Below the pieces are notes generated by a model. It had not been told where the DNA came from. It was given only the letters and a program-made list of their open reading frames with translations, and searched no databases. Made by a program: the position numbers and the translations under genes. A stretch of 64,000 bases of DNA from NCBI RefSeq assembly GCF_009914755.1, contig NC_060929.1, one strand, 5' to 3'. This document shows, piece by piece, positions 31,171 to 49,849 of the stretch; positions within the stretch are counted from its first letter, which is position 1, and the number at the start of each line of letters is the position of its first letter. This DNA comes from the human T2T-CHM13v2.0 reference genome, Homo sapiens.

Positions 31171-32229
31171 GGACCCTGGGAATCTATGAAAATATGAGAG
31201 AGTGGGAAATTATTAGCCCTCTTAAGAGCAAATAGTCTTTGAACTAAGGAAACTGTATTCAGGTAGCACATTTATTATGAAATGTTTTATTTTCCTTAAA
31301 ATAATCCATGTCATTAATTTAGATCACCTTATTAACTAAAGCAACATCTTACTGACGTCAACATTCACAGCCACAGTGCTGATTAGTGCTTTTCATATCC
31401 TATTTAGGAGAGGATGTCGTATGTATTACCATGCCCTCTGTGTAATAAATTTGACATTTCAGATGGCAACAAATGGCTAGAAAATTGGCCCCTTGAGACT
31501 AATAGCCCAGCAGCATTTACATGTAATTATTCTGCCCAAGAATTTAATCTTGTTGGGCATAAAAGTTATGCTGAGTAGAAAGCCCCTGAACAGTGAACCC
31601 TGGACTCGAAAGATAGATATTAGCATGAGCACTGGATTCCGAACATTCATTCCCATGCTTGAAGAGAATTCCCCATGGCCAAGGGTATTTCTGCAACAAA
31701 TGTAGATGTTTTGCTCTGTGTGATACTAATTACCCTCTAACAGTTATAAGTGGGCTCTTTTTTTGGTCCCCACACTGTCATTTTTGCCATTTTTCTATAG
31801 CTCTGAGTGCCTGTCTCCTGAGTCATGGGTCATGAATTAATGATTTTCTCTGGATATTTGCACTGCCACTGCTCTTTCCAGTTAGAAGACTCGTGAACCT
31901 GCTGGTTCAGGAGGGCAAAGTGGTTGCCATTAGCCCCCTCCCTTTTTTTGACTAACTAAGAGAATAAAACTCAAAGACACACAGATATTTAGCTAATGAT
32001 ATACAGCTACACAATGAGAGAGAAGGTTACCTGAGTCTCTAACTATATCATCCCTATCACTGAGTGCCCGTTCGTCCACTTATTTCATATTAAGTGCCTA
32101 TAATATGCCAAGCATTAGATTATGTATGTAAATACAAAGTTCATCTAAAGAGATAAAGAATCTACTTTCGGGAAGCTTATATCGTGGTGGGAAACACAGA
32201 AAATAAGTAAGCAAATTAATAATATAAAA

Positions 32230-33587
32230 GAATTAATATTATGAAAATGACCATATTACCCAAGCAATATATAGATTCAGTACAACCCCTATCAAAATAC
32301 CAATGACATTCTTCACAGAAATAGATTTTTAAAATCTTAAAACTTGTATGGAACCACAAAAGACAGTGAAAGGCCAAAGCAATCCTGAGCAAAAAGAAGA
32401 AAGCCAGAGGTATCACACTACCGGCCTTCAAAATGTACTACAAATTTGTAGTAAACAAAAGAGCATGACACTGGTATAAAAACAGACACATAGACTAATG
32501 GAACAAAATAGAGAACCCAGAAATGAATCCAAGTATCCACAGCCAACTGATTTTTGATGAAGTTGCCAAGAACACTCACTGGGTAAAGGACAGTCTTCAA
32601 TAAACGGTGCTGAGAAAACTGGCTATTCATATGCAGAAGAATAAAACTATACCCCCACTTCTCATCCTATTCAAAAATCAACTCAAAATGAATCAAAGAC
32701 CTATATGTAAGAACTGAAACTATGAAACTACTAGAAGAAAACAGGAAAAATTCTTCAGGATATGGATCTGGACAGATTTTATGAATAAGACCTCAAAAGC
32801 ACAGAAAACAAAAACAAAAATAAACAAATGGAATTTTATCATATTAAAAAGCTCTGTGCAGCAAAGGGAACAATGAACAGAGTGAAAATACAATATCAAA
32901 AAGGGAAGAAAATATTTGCAAGCTATCCAACAGGGGATTAATATCCAGGTTATATAAGGTGCTCAAGCAACTCAACAGCAAAAAAATTAATAAATAAATA
33001 ATCCAACTGAAAGATGGGCAAACGATCTGAACAGGTGTCTCACAAAACACACACACACACACACACACACATCAACATCACTAATCATCAGGGAAATGTA
33101 AATCAAAACCACTGTGGAGTATCATCTCCAGATAGAATGGCTATTATCAAAAATAGAAATATTAGCAAATGCTGGTGGGGATATGGAGAAGGGGAACTCT
33201 TCTACACTCATATATGGAAGCTAAAAATAGTGATTTTACAGTGGTAAACAGTAGAATAGAGGATACTAGAAGCTGAGAAGGGTGAGGGAAGGGGACATAG
33301 GGAGAAATTTGTTAAACGATACAAAATTATAGCTAGAAAGGAAAAATAAATTCTGACATTCTCTGTCAAAGTGGGATGACTATAGTTAACAATAATATAT
33401 TATAGAGTTTCAAATAGCTAAAAGAAGGATATTGAATGCTCCCAACACAAAGAAATGATAAAAGTTTGAGATAATGGATATGCTAATTATCCTGCTCTTA
33501 TCACTATATATAATATGTATGGAAACATCACCATGTACCCCATCAATGTGTACAATTGTTATATGTTCATTAAAAAATGAAAAAAAG
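32230..33587 (+). mobile_element. L1MA2/3-like 3' fragment with internal deletion near 33205, inside an L2
   Basis: ORF2 3' sequence, then L1MA 3'UTR (CCCAACACAAAGAAATGATAA...GGATATGCTAATTA); (CA)n at 33048-33071. Confidence 0.85.
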
Positions 33588-33589
33588 TT

Positions 33590-34050
33590 CATTAACAAAT
33601 AAAATACATCTCAGTTTGAAATAAGAGCTATAAAGACAATTATGTGAAAAAAAGTGACGGGTTGGGGAGAAGTGATTACTCAGACAAGGTAGTCAAGAAA
33701 GGACTCTAGGAAGACAGATGTTAAAGCTGGGAACTGAAATATGAGAAAGAGCTAGCCATAGGAGGAGCCAGGAAAACAGTATGGGGAGTAGTAGAAACCT
33801 TAAGAATAAATGTCCTCATGTGCAAAAGATCCTGGTATGTTCCAAGAACCTATGTAAGTTTAATGTGGCTGGTGGATGGTTTTCAGATATAGTTTGGATA
33901 TAGAACTGGCAATTTGCCAATCGATCGGACATAGACCAACAGGGAAAGGGAGAGATTAACAAATTATCCCGTATTATCATCTTGATGAGCCACATACCTG
34001 GAGCTTCCATCGATTAAAATGGAAATACAGCAAGAGGAACAGATTGCTGT
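33590..34050 (-). mobile_element. L2 fragment
   Basis: GGTAGTCAAGAAAGGACTCT...GTGCAAAAGATCCTGG. Confidence 0.55.
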
Positions 34051-34067
34051 GCCATTTGAAAATCTGA

Positions 34068-34412
<345 letters not shown>

Positions 34413-34747
34413 GAAAATCAGAGACCACATTTTTTGATATAGTCCTGACACAGTTAATTTCAGATGCTTGTTGGTTATATAGGCCTGGAGCCAAAAGGAG
34501 AGATCTCTGTCTTCATTGAGTTTTCAGTACCGCATGAGGTTGAAAGATGTTTTTATAACAGTCAAAATCCATCAGTGTTAGTTAGGGCCTTAAGTGGTGA
34601 TAATTCACCTGGCTTAACCCAGGATATATGAATAATGGCTTCTGTTGCTGCTTTTTCTTCTCCGTTACATGAAAGATACTGAATAAAGAGAGAAACTGAT
34701 TATAATTCTCACTTGAGCTTCTTTAGTATCTGTTTTAATGAAATCTT

Positions 34748-35951
<1,204 letters not shown>

Positions 35952-35959
35952 TTATTGTT

Positions 35960-36175
35960 AAGAGGTAGTGGAGCATGGGCTCTGGAGTTAGGCTGCCTAG
36001 ATTTGAATCCTAACTGTGTGACCTGAGGCCACCACTCTAAATCTGTTATCTCATCTGTAATTGGGAAAATAATACCTATGTCATATGGTTGTTGGGAAGG
36101 TTAAATTTAGATAAAGTGTGTCAAGGGTCATAGTAACTTACACATAGTAAGAGCTAAATAAATATTCATCATCAT
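35960..36175 (+). mobile_element. MIR
   Basis: GAGCATGGGCTCTGGAG...CTGTGTGACC...CTCATCTGTAA...CACATAGTAAG. Confidence 0.8.
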
Positions 36176-36211
36176 TCTAACTCTGGCTACTGATCTCAAA
36201 TCATAGAGTAC

Positions 36212-36512
36212 TGTATTTGAAAGGGCTCTCAGTTGCAAGTGACAGAAAACAAACTCAAACTCATTTAAATAGAAGGAAATATACTGGATCATGCAACTGA
36301 AAAAGCTAGGGACATATAGATCAGATTGCCCAGAAGCTCAAAGAACACCATCTGCTGCCTGGTGTGTTGCTCCCTTCTTAAGTTTATCCCCTCGTATTGA
36401 GTAACAAAATGGCCAGCAACCCCTCCAAAATGACTATTGGTTCTGAAAGCCCCAGAGGAAGGAGAACATCTCTTTCTCAATAATTCTAATTAAAGTGCTG
36501 AGGCTGAGTCCC
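36212..36512 (-). mobile_element. MLT1K/L-like LTR
   Basis: GTTGCAAGTGACAGAAAACAAACTCAAACT. Confidence 0.6.
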
Positions 36513-36515
36513 ACG

Positions 36516-37008
36516 TGTTAGCACACGTTCATTCTAATGAGATGGCCAGGTGGGAAGGGCTTCCCGGCAAAACTCAGGTCATAAACGGACTTAAAGGATG
36601 GTGGATGAGGGGGTTTTATTGAGTGGTGGAGGGACTCTCACTGGGATGGATGGGGAGCTGGATAGGAGATGGAATGGGAGGATGATCTTTTCCTGGAGTT
36701 TAGCTGTCCAGTGGCTGATCTCTCCAACTGTCCCCAGTTGAACTCCCCTCAATGTTCAGATGCTCCTTCTCTTCTCTCCTTCTCTGCTGCTCTTCTGCTC
36801 TTCTGTTCATCAGCTCATGGAGCCTGGAGCTTGGGGTTTATATGGGTACATAACAGGGGTACGTGGTGGGCCAAAATGCAACTTTTGTGTGCAAAAATCG
36901 GAATGCCTGTTCCCATTTAGGACCACAGGTTTCCAGCCTTGAGGCTGGGACCTTTGCCAGGGAACCACCCTCTTCTACCCAGTATTTCCCTGTCTCCTGT
37001 CTATATCA
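36516..37008 (-). mobile_element. ERV1 solo LTR of the LTR1/LTR27/LTR28 group
   Basis: Minus strand starts TGATATAGACAGGAGACAGGGAAATACTGGGTAGAAGAGGG; TATA-like CATATAAACCCC and AATAAA on minus. Confidence 0.75.
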
Positions 37009-39409
37009 ACATGTTACTCTACTGCTTAAGTCTATTTCTGCTCCATACTCTGAAGGCTCCAATAGCTCCTAGCATTTCCCCTTCACAGTGATTATTGTCA
37101 TTATAATTGAAAAATCACTCCTTCACAAGCCTATAAACTTCCTGAGGGTAAGGACTGGGTTTTCTTAACACATCCCTGTATCTGCAATGCCTAGAACAGG
37201 GCCTGCCGTGCTCCACTTGCTGGATGAATATTTGTGCAATAAATACTTAAATTTTTGACACTGTTCTGCCCCCCTCTGGATAGAGCAGATTGCTGTTTCA
37301 GGGTAGCCTCATTTGCAAATGCCTAAAAATAAAAACGAAATGCAAACAGAATGTTCCCTGTCAGAATGAAGCTGCTGAGAAAGAGCAGTTTAAAAAGCTG
37401 CGCCTGAGCAAAAGAACATGGAAACCTAATACTCCTTAAATAGCTTCTTAAATACAGTCGTCAATCAAAAGTCATGTCTTTGTGGATCTTCATTACATGG
37501 GAAACCATAGAAAAATGCACAGTCCCTCATTGCAAAACACAGAGCAGTCCGTTGTAAAGAATTTCCAGAAATTGACAATTTAAACAGACACAACTGAACT
37601 CAAGAAGTTACAATCCTGTTGTCAATGAGAGGCAATCATCGAAGCCACCCAACTAAATACAATTTTTGATAACATCTTGGCAATCTAAAAATATTAGCAG
37701 AAAGCCATGGTGGAAAAGCTGCTAAGCCGGCAATTTTCAGCACAAGGAGAAGCAACAATCTACCTCCTGGGCAGCCGGTCAGTGACTTGTGTAGAAAAGC
37801 CATTAGTCACTGAGGCTATGCAATGTCCTGTAGGGAACTCTAAAGGAAACAAGACCCAGGCCATGACCACAAAATCCACAAACTGAGATCAAAAATTAAA
37901 TACTAATTTAGATCAAACCACTTCACTGTTATAAATGCTGAATTTGGTTTACTGTTTGTTTTTTCAGATTGTCTAACCAGACTGGATTCTGTCAAAGCAG
38001 ATGTGTCTAAGATGCTAGAAATGAATGCATACCAAAGGACACAATTGAATAATGCTGGACAGAGAATTCTGCAAGACAGTCTGCCTAGCCAGAGTAGCAA
38101 GGGAAGGCACCGAGTCAGCTACTGAGAATGAATTTTGAAACAGAGACTTGTCAAAGGCATAGAAAAATTGCAAAAGTGGCAACAACATTTATGGTAATTA
38201 CATAGGATCCACAGAGCACTTTCACATCAGCTATCTCATTTAACCCTCAAGATGCCTCAGAGATGACAGGAAGCATGGACATGCATTGAGTCACTTGACT
38301 TGGCCAAGATGTATTGGCAAGTTGAAGTATATTGGGAGCTGGGAATGACCATTTTCCTCCATTCATATGGACATCTTATAATCATTTCTTAATATACCTT
38401 TACTGTAGAGCCTTCACTGCATCCCCACTTCTCAAAATTTCTGTGTGTTGACTTCAAAGTAATTCATTATTGCCCACATGCCATCTGGCTGAGCTTCTTT
38501 CCCACTGTTTCTTGGTACTTCCCCACCACTTTTCTAGGCTCCATACCAAAGTGCCACAAGCACTCCACAGTCATTCACACATGTGTCCTCACCACTCCAA
38601 CCCCCTAGCCTACCACTCTGTCACCTCTCTTCACCCAAGACTTTGCTCAAATACCATTTCTTCCAGAAAGGTTGTCTGACTGCTTCATCCTTACCGGTCA
38701 TCTTTGTTTTCTGAACAACTAGAACACTAGCGTTTTAAGCATATAACCAGAACACATGCCTAGATATTGTTTTAAATGGCTTCATGTATTCCTGTGTGTT
38801 TGCTTTTGCTTTTTAAACTAGACAACTTCAGGGCAGAGATCGCGCCCTACCTCTCCTCATGATCCTCCAGGGTGCTTCATTCTGTGTCAAGCTCACAATA
38901 GTGCTGAACACACTTGTTCTTTGATTAATCCCCCTTCTTTCTATTATGGGTATATGTTGAGAAAAAACCTTAGGGGGACAGATTAAAATCTGCAGGGTTT
39001 GATACAATAGAATTTCAGGAGTAAGTTCAAATCATTCCCTTGACAGCTGCCTGCATAATATCCCCTTCATTATTTTTTAAAGTCAGTTTATATTTTAATG
39101 CAGCAATAGAATATTGGACAGCTCCCAAAAGTAAAATTGTCATCAAAGAGAAACTCCTCACTTTAAGACTAAAAAAAGCCTGAATTATGTGGGGTAGGTA
39201 AGGGGCCGGGAGAATAATGAGTGATGGTTGCTCTCAAAACAGCTCTCACTGAAAAAGCCATCCCCAGATTGGAAGACCTGGCCCTTGTTCTTGCTTTTCC
39301 AAATTGTCCCATGACCCCAAGAAAATCAGTCAGCAGTTTTCTGAGTGTCCAATGAAATATAATATCTTGCTATATGCATGCATACTGTTGTAACTTGTTC
39401 ACTCTACAG

Positions 39410-40030
39410 TACAATTCCCAGACATATCCCTCTATGTGGTCTCCTGACTCCAACCTTGCCCCTTTAATCCATTTTTCTTCCCGAAACCAGCATCATTTCT
39501 CTAAAAGGCCCACATGACACATCATCTGCCTGTTGAAATCCCTCAATGACTTGTCGTCACTTTATAGTCCATACTCATTAGCATAGTTTTATAAGGCTTT
39601 TTATGATCTGTTTCCACTTACTTCTACCTCTTCCTTCTCCTGTCCCCCAAGACTCAACATCTTTTATTTATTGCAACTTACATTGCACTGTCTCTTCTCC
39701 AAGCTTCCACACATGATATCTCTAGCAAGAACACTCTGCTCATCTCCAAATCTTCAGTATAACTTCTTATTTTTTGGACCTCAACTTAGACATCCTTTCC
39801 TCCCTGAAGCTGTCCTGACTCCAATTTCATATTAGCTTCCCAGTTTTTATTCTCTAATATGCACTCTTTATTTCCCCCACTGTAGCACAGATCACACTGG
39901 ATTATAATTTCCCAGTCACTTTTCTGTAACCCTTCAAGACTAAACGTCTTTTGGTTAGGGTCTGTGTGTATCTTTTTAACGGTGCTATTTCCAGATTCTA
40001 GCATAGTTCTTAGCCCATGGTATAGATAAT
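39410..40030 (+). mobile_element. L2 3' region
   Basis: TGGTCTCCTGACTCC...CCTGTTGAAATCCCTCAATGAC...CTAGCATAGTTCTTAGCCCATGG. Confidence 0.55.
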
Positions 40031-40764
40031 TAGTAAGTCGTTGTGAAGGGAAGCAAGGAAGAAAGAGAGGTGAGAAGGAAAGGGGGAGTCAGAAAAAAAG
40101 CAAAAAAAGAATGAAGGGAGGGAAGAGAGAAAGGGAAATTATCATTTCTGGGGCAAACACATCAATGCCATTGTTTTCCAAAAGATATAAGGGGCCATTT
40201 CCTGGGTGACAAGAGAGTGAACTCACCAGTTCCTCTTGCTGAAAACTCTAAAACTTCCTCCAGGAATGAAGTACAGCTATGAAGTTCCTAGATTCAAAGC
40301 AGATGCTATTTCTAGCAAAGGATGTACAAATGGATAATATGTTAGTAATAAGCTCTGTAGGTGTGAACATGGAATCCTAATGCTGCCCAAAAATGGAGGG
40401 GGATTTATTTTGATATCTGAAACCCCTGAGCTATAGGCATATGACTTATTTACTTCCCAAGCATGAAATTTTATTTGTATTAGAAAGAGAGAACCTCAAT
40501 ATCATATGACTTATATTTTGCCACATAAAAAATTATGATGCAATATGGCCTCAAGAGATTCATGGCGTATGTTAATTAGAAGTCCAGGAGGAAGGTGTTG
40601 GCAAAATGGCTAGGCAAGCCCTGATTAAATGAGACTATTGATTCAAAACTCACATTCATCAGACTTTATAAAATGTTTTCAAGTGCATTAGAGCATCTGT
40701 TTATCTCAAAAGCAGTTCACTCTACTCTCCTGCTTAGAACCACCAACGGTTTCCCATTGCTCTT

Positions 40765-43318
<2,554 letters not shown>

Positions 43319-43409
43319 CCAACTGCACTTAAGATAAAACTCAGATATCTTACCTTGGTCTCAAGGTTCTGCAGGGCCTGACCCCTGACTTCTCTAACTT
43401 TGGCTTACG

Positions 43410-43660
43410 AATGCAACTAAAGGTGACTGGTCTGCAAAATGTTACTGAGATATAAGGAGTTATGGACATCAGACTTTACACCAACTATGTAACTAGGCAT
43501 ACTGCTTAATTCAGCTGACTTTTGTTTTTCTAACAAGACTTTCTTAATGACAGGGGCATTGCATTGATTTACATTTCTGTTCAGGCTTCTAATCTTGTCG
43601 CAGACCAGTAACAAAGAATGTGAAGATGACCACTGGTCTGCAGACTATTTTGTGTAGCGA
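43410..43660. mobile_element. hAT-Charlie-like MITE
   Basis: Ends GCAACTAAAGGTGACTGGTCTGCA ... TGCAGACTATTTTGTGTAGC resemble Charlie-type TIRs. Confidence 0.4.
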
Positions 43661-45777
43661 CGCCTATAGTCTTCTTGCTCTTTATCGTTATCTTTTAGTA
43701 ACCCTGGTTTTCACACTTTAGAGCCTCTGGATAGCACTTACCCAGCCATTTTTGGTGCCTTCTCATCCTTTAGCTTTCAAGTCTCCATCATGTCCTTAGA
43801 GAGGCTTCCCCTGACTGCCCTTGCACCCTTAATCTCCGACACTTGTACCCTCAACCTGCTACCCAAAATGCTTGTTTATTGTTTTCACAGTACTTATCAC
43901 AATGGGCAACTATCAAATTTGCTTTTTCTACTTGTTTATCATATGTCTACCACCACCACCTCTCCCCTAACAATAAATAAGTGATAATGCTAATAGACGC
44001 ACAGTATTTGTTGAATGAACAAATTAACAACCCTGTGAAATAGGAATCATAATTTCAAATTTATAAATGTGGAAATTAAAGCTAAGGGAATTTAAATGTT
44101 TTTTTAAAGTAACAATCTTTTACAGTTTTCTTTTACTTCGAGTTATGAGCTCTTAATACTATGCATCAAGTAGTGCAGCAGCTGTGGTGAGAAAGCTGAC
44201 ATTCAAAGAGAATTAGTGACTTGCCCATCATCAATCAAAAGCAAATGATAAAGGGCAAGAAAACAAAGTCAGGTCTTCTAAATGCAAGATTAATGTCTAA
44301 TAAAGTAGATAATATAATCACCTAAGAGTGCCTCAGAAGGCCCTCCAAAATGTGATATACTTTATTTTTAAGGGGATAGAGTGTGCCAGGGCAAAGCTTT
44401 TTTGGAAATGGGGGTAGTGGGGTGCTGAGGGAAGGTGGGGAAAGTCTTGATTCTTTTCCTTTTGAGTAACACAGTGTAATAAAAAGAGCATGAGCTTACT
44501 TCAAGTTTACATGTCACTTACTCTCCATGTGACACTAAGACAGTGGCTTAACCCATCTGAATTATTATCCATAAAATGATCATATCAATCATCTCACAGA
44601 GTCGCTGTGAGGACTAAATAAAAGTATGGAAGCAAAGATCCTTGAACCATCTTTGGCAAGGGAGTAGGTGCTTCATCTTGGTAAATGCTATTCAACTTCC
44701 CTTTCTCTCCCCCACCCTCTATGTTGGAAAGCAATGATTGTGGCCATAGTCATTGCATTATAATTCATTCCAGGGAACATTTTTCAAAGACATGATTATG
44801 TATCAGTCTACACTGGGGAGTAAATTATATTCAGCCTCGCGGTGAGGACAGATAAGAGCTTTCTGAAGCCTAGTGCTTGGTATTGTTTTTATCTTCATGA
44901 GATAATGCTGGTGACCTGATGGGCTAGGTCAATTCAGGAAACTGAGACCCCACTAGACAAATACTGCCACAGGTCTAAAGGACCAGAAGAGTGTCTCACT
45001 TTTCTACCTCCAAAGCTTTTCTGTAATATGATTCATTTTGGACATTTATAAATTCATAAAGGCTCAGTGGACAAAAGTCTTCTGGTTCTGTCATGGACAT
45101 GCCCCTTAACCTTGGTTTGCTTAGCTCTCTATTGGGGTTACATATTTGTAAAAGCTGCAGTAGAAACCAGGGGTCTTTATAGCAGGACTCCTTAAGGCCT
45201 ATGGCTGTTCTTAACAGATCCACAAACCTCCACCTTCCAAAATTGTATATGGAATTGTGTGTGTGTATAATAGTGTGTATTTTTATTTAGTCCTTAGTTT
45301 TCATTAGATTCTCAACCCTTATTATTCAAAAGAGGTTCAGAGTAGATTTAGAGATTTTAGCCACCAACTTGTTTTGGGTGAAAGACATCTATCACTCTAC
45401 TAACACCACCAAAGTTCTGAACAATTATGCATTAGTTCAAAGATACTTTGCTACTTTGAAAATAATTTTCTGACTTTAGTAAGATACAAAAAATTTTCTA
45501 ATCAGTGATAGGGTCAAACATTTATGTATAAGGATACTCCTTAAACTTTTATTTATTTAAAAATGTATGAACAATGTAACTGGTCAACAATGAGAAAATA
45601 GTTAATTATATTTGATCTTTACATTGGAATTCAGCTAGTAAAAACCATCATTTCAATGCTGTTTAATAAAACGGGAAAATTTCCACTATGTATTGTTAGT
45701 TTAAGAAGCATATAAATAGCTTAAAAATAATGTAAAATTGTACAGACAGTAAAATTCCAATTTCGTTATAATACTTA

Positions 45778-46007
45778 GTAGTGGTTTTCGACTGGGTGCA
45801 ATTTTGCTCACAAGGGAATATTTGGCAATGTCTGGAGACTTTTTTGTGATGATTGGGTGCTGAGGAAGGGAGGCTCTATTCTGCCAGTATCTAGTGAGTA
45901 GAAACCATGGATGCTGTATATGTTCTAGAATTCATAGGACATCCTCCAGAAACAAAGAATTATTCTATCTAAAATGTCACTTGTGCTGAGGTTGAGTAGA
46001 AACCCTG
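45778..46007. mobile_element. MER20 DNA transposon within an L1ME fragment (~45460-46170)
   Basis: ATTTGGCAATGTCTGGAGAC...ATCTAGTGAGTAGA...CAAAGAATTAT...GTGCTGAGGTTGAG. Confidence 0.85.
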
Positions 46008-47126
46008 ACAGGTAGAGAAAATACTGGAAGAAATTATACTCCAATTGTAATAGGGTTATCAATGATTTGATTTATTGATTTCATGCATTTTGGTACATAT
46101 TTTACAAATGTTCTACAATGGGCATTTGTTTCTTTTATTATCTGAAAAAATCAATTAAAGAAAAAAATCTGATTTGTTTTTATTCATTTTTGAAATAAGT
46201 CAATAAGTAATGGGGTCAGCTTAGAAACGGGTTGAAAAATTGATCAGAGCATCAAAAGAAGAGGGAGGATCCAACAGAGCATGAATATAAATTATCATTG
46301 GAGTTTTATTTCTGCTATGAAACTCCTTGGGGAATAAAAGGGGAAATGCCATCAGCCACCTAGGGTTCTAGGAATAAAAAGCAGTGTGCTATTATGTGAT
46401 TCCGACTGATCTTCATCTTGAGTCAAGCACAGGCAATCACAAGAAAAATAGGAACAAGGACTGCCAGGCTGCTTTGAATGAATATCTAAAATATCCCCCA
46501 GAAAATTCTGATGTCCCCTGGGAGCTGTATCCTGGAATCTTGTGTCCTGGAGTCACTACACACTCAACAATTTGAAGTACATATAATTTTCAAATTATAC
46601 ATTCTTTATCCATTTCTCTCTAGATGCTACATCATAACTGAACCCTCTTGAGATACTAGAATTTCCCTTTTCACCTGAGCAATTGCCTTTTTTATTTTCA
46701 ATTGGTTAGATTTCTTAAGCTGACCCAGAAAAAACTTGCATATAGTATACCTAGAAAAGTCAAAAAAAATAAATGTGTTATATTTTCTTTCCCCATAGAA
46801 TCTATTCTTCCACATAATCTACCATTTATATGTACATGAAGTATGATTCCCAATGAACAATTTAAGGCTACTTAATTAACAATTTAAGTCACAGACACAT
46901 ATTATTTTAACATATTTATTTTTTCATATTATAAAATTTCCCCTACTAAATATATTTCCAGATTTAAAATAATCTTCATTCTGAAATGTACAATGATTGA
47001 AACAAAAAGAAAAGGCATAATCATGTCCCCCCAAAAATGCCTCAACTATATCTTCTTACTTTTTCTTTATTATCTATAGTTTCCTAAATAGAATTTATAG
47101 AAAACATTTGAATAATTACAATTTAA

Positions 47127-47421
<295 letters not shown>

Positions 47422-47899
47422 TGTTAGTTCAGCAACATAAAAAATGACCAAGAGTTATCACAATTCATGTCATTAACTAGTGAGACTGCTACAACCCAAC
47501 TGCAATTATCTTTTATTTTTCATGCCACCTGGCCATACGTTTCAGGTTGGGCCAGTTATTTCAATAAAGAGTTCTTCATACGCTGGCTAATCACACTGCC
47601 ACCATGCACACCATCTTATTACAGCAGATTGTTTTTAGTTGCTATAGTAGTAAGATATAGAACATGTATTTTTAGTGGGTAGATTCCAAAATAAATTATC
47701 CTCTATTCTATTATCATATAAACCTATGACACAAAACAATAATTCATTTGGGTTGAAACACACTTATTAATTTCCATACTTGGCTTCACTTGCTGACTTT
47801 CTTTTCCTAACATACTCTACCCTGGCCCTAGATCCAACTTTACAATCATTTACTAACTTCTCTGTATCAAGACTTGCTTAGTGTATTCTGGACACCATT

Positions 47900-48118
47900 T
47901 ATTCATTCACTTCACAAATACTTGGGGCACCTACCCTGTGCTATACTTCTTTAATCTTCACAAAAAATATAAGGTAGGCATTAAGTCATTTTACAGATGA
48001 GAAAACTAAGGTCACAGGAATTTAAATACATTTCACACAGTCACATAGAAGTATAACAAGGATTTAATTCATATCCTGAGCCCAAAGTCCATGTTTTCTA
48101 TTGTGCTATACTGCCTCC
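47900..48118 (-). mobile_element. MIR
   Basis: CATTTTACAGATGAGAAAACTAAGG. Confidence 0.7.
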
Positions 48119-48509
48119 TAAGATCACACTGTTGGCAGCTCCATGATATAATTTTAGGGATAACAATAATATGTGTTTACTTAAATAAACTATTTCAAAG
48201 ATGTTTTATATGAAACTAGAAATGTATTCTTAGTGGCAGGATGATCTAACTTTAATAAGTAAGTAACCCTTAAAATGGAAAACAAGAGATTGAGTCATTT
48301 TTACTTTAATATGAGTGACTTCTCAGATTTTTGTGTGGGAGCAATTGATAACGGATGGAGATAATGAGAGCTTTGTGTGTATAAATACGAGACAAAGTAG
48401 TACAAATCAGAGCACAAGGAAAGAATTGCTGTGAAGGATGAAAAATCAATTTGTCCTATTTTCAATCTGGCCTTAGGTTTACCCTTTCTTTTATTCCATT
48501 TTTAGCTAA

Positions 48510-48912
<403 letters not shown>

Positions 48913-49204
48913 TTTACTTCTAATCTTTAGTTTTCTCATCTATTTAAGGAAAATGATAATTCCTATCCCACTGGATGGTCTTGGAGTGTATGTTTAATTA
49001 TTGTTATTCTATAAAAGGCCTTCAATAAATAACAAGTCATTAAAAGATGGAGAAATATAGATAAGATTAGTATCAGGTGGATTCAAATTTGGTCAAAGGA
49101 ATGGATGCAAATGATATTAAAATTTAATTCTCATCAAATATTTATGTATCCTCCCACATTTTTAACTCCTTTATGGTTAGATTGAGGATATATGACGAGG
49201 TTCA

Positions 49205-49341
49205 ACCACTGAACTGTGAGCAGAAATACATGGACTATGTATGCAGCATGAGTAAAAAATAAACTTTGGTATGGAAAGTCACTGAGATTTGGAAGGTTCA
49301 TTTGTTATTGCAGCACAACCTAGTCTAACCTGAATAATACA
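49205..49341 (+). mobile_element. MLT1 LTR 3' end
   Basis: GTCACTGAGATTTGG...TTTGTTATTGCAGCACAACCTAG..CCTGAATAATACA. Confidence 0.7.
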
Positions 49342-49349
49342 TTATGAAT

Positions 49350-49800
49350 TATTGCCATTCTGGAGTGTAGTCTATAGTAGTATGCTTCAGGGATCTACCT
49401 ACGGCCATGCCCAATGTAGCATCGTTATCAAGGATTGGATGATCATTGCAGCTGATAGTACGTAAGCATGACAAAAAGCTACAGAGAGCACTGATACAAT
49501 AAAATGTCAAACTCCAGAAAAATCTCAGGAGACTGAAACATAATCCAAATTGATTATCACAAACCTTAATTTAAATAAATGTCAAGTCTTATACATAGCT
49601 CCAAAAAGAAAACTTCCCAAATACAAAATTGGAGGACATGATGTAGGAGCAGTATGCATGGGGAATTCTGAAGGATATTACCATGTCAATCATTGTTCAG
49701 TAAGAGTACATATTGTGACTACAAAAGCTGATTTAACTTTACATTGAAATGTGTCTTAAATCAAGCAGTACAAGTCCTATTCTTTTAAGCTGTCCAAAAA
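49350..49800 (+). mobile_element. L3/CR1 LINE ORF2 fossil
   Basis: Degenerate PQGS-like (CTTCAGGGATCT) and DDTKL-like (ATGACAAAAAGCT) motifs; ORF 49550..49747 LNKCQVLYIA..YKIG resembles CR1 'DKCKVLHLG..YRLG'. Confidence 0.65.
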
Positions 49801-49849
49801 TTGCATGAATTCAGAAACATCTAAGTCATTTAATCTATTTCAAATGGCA

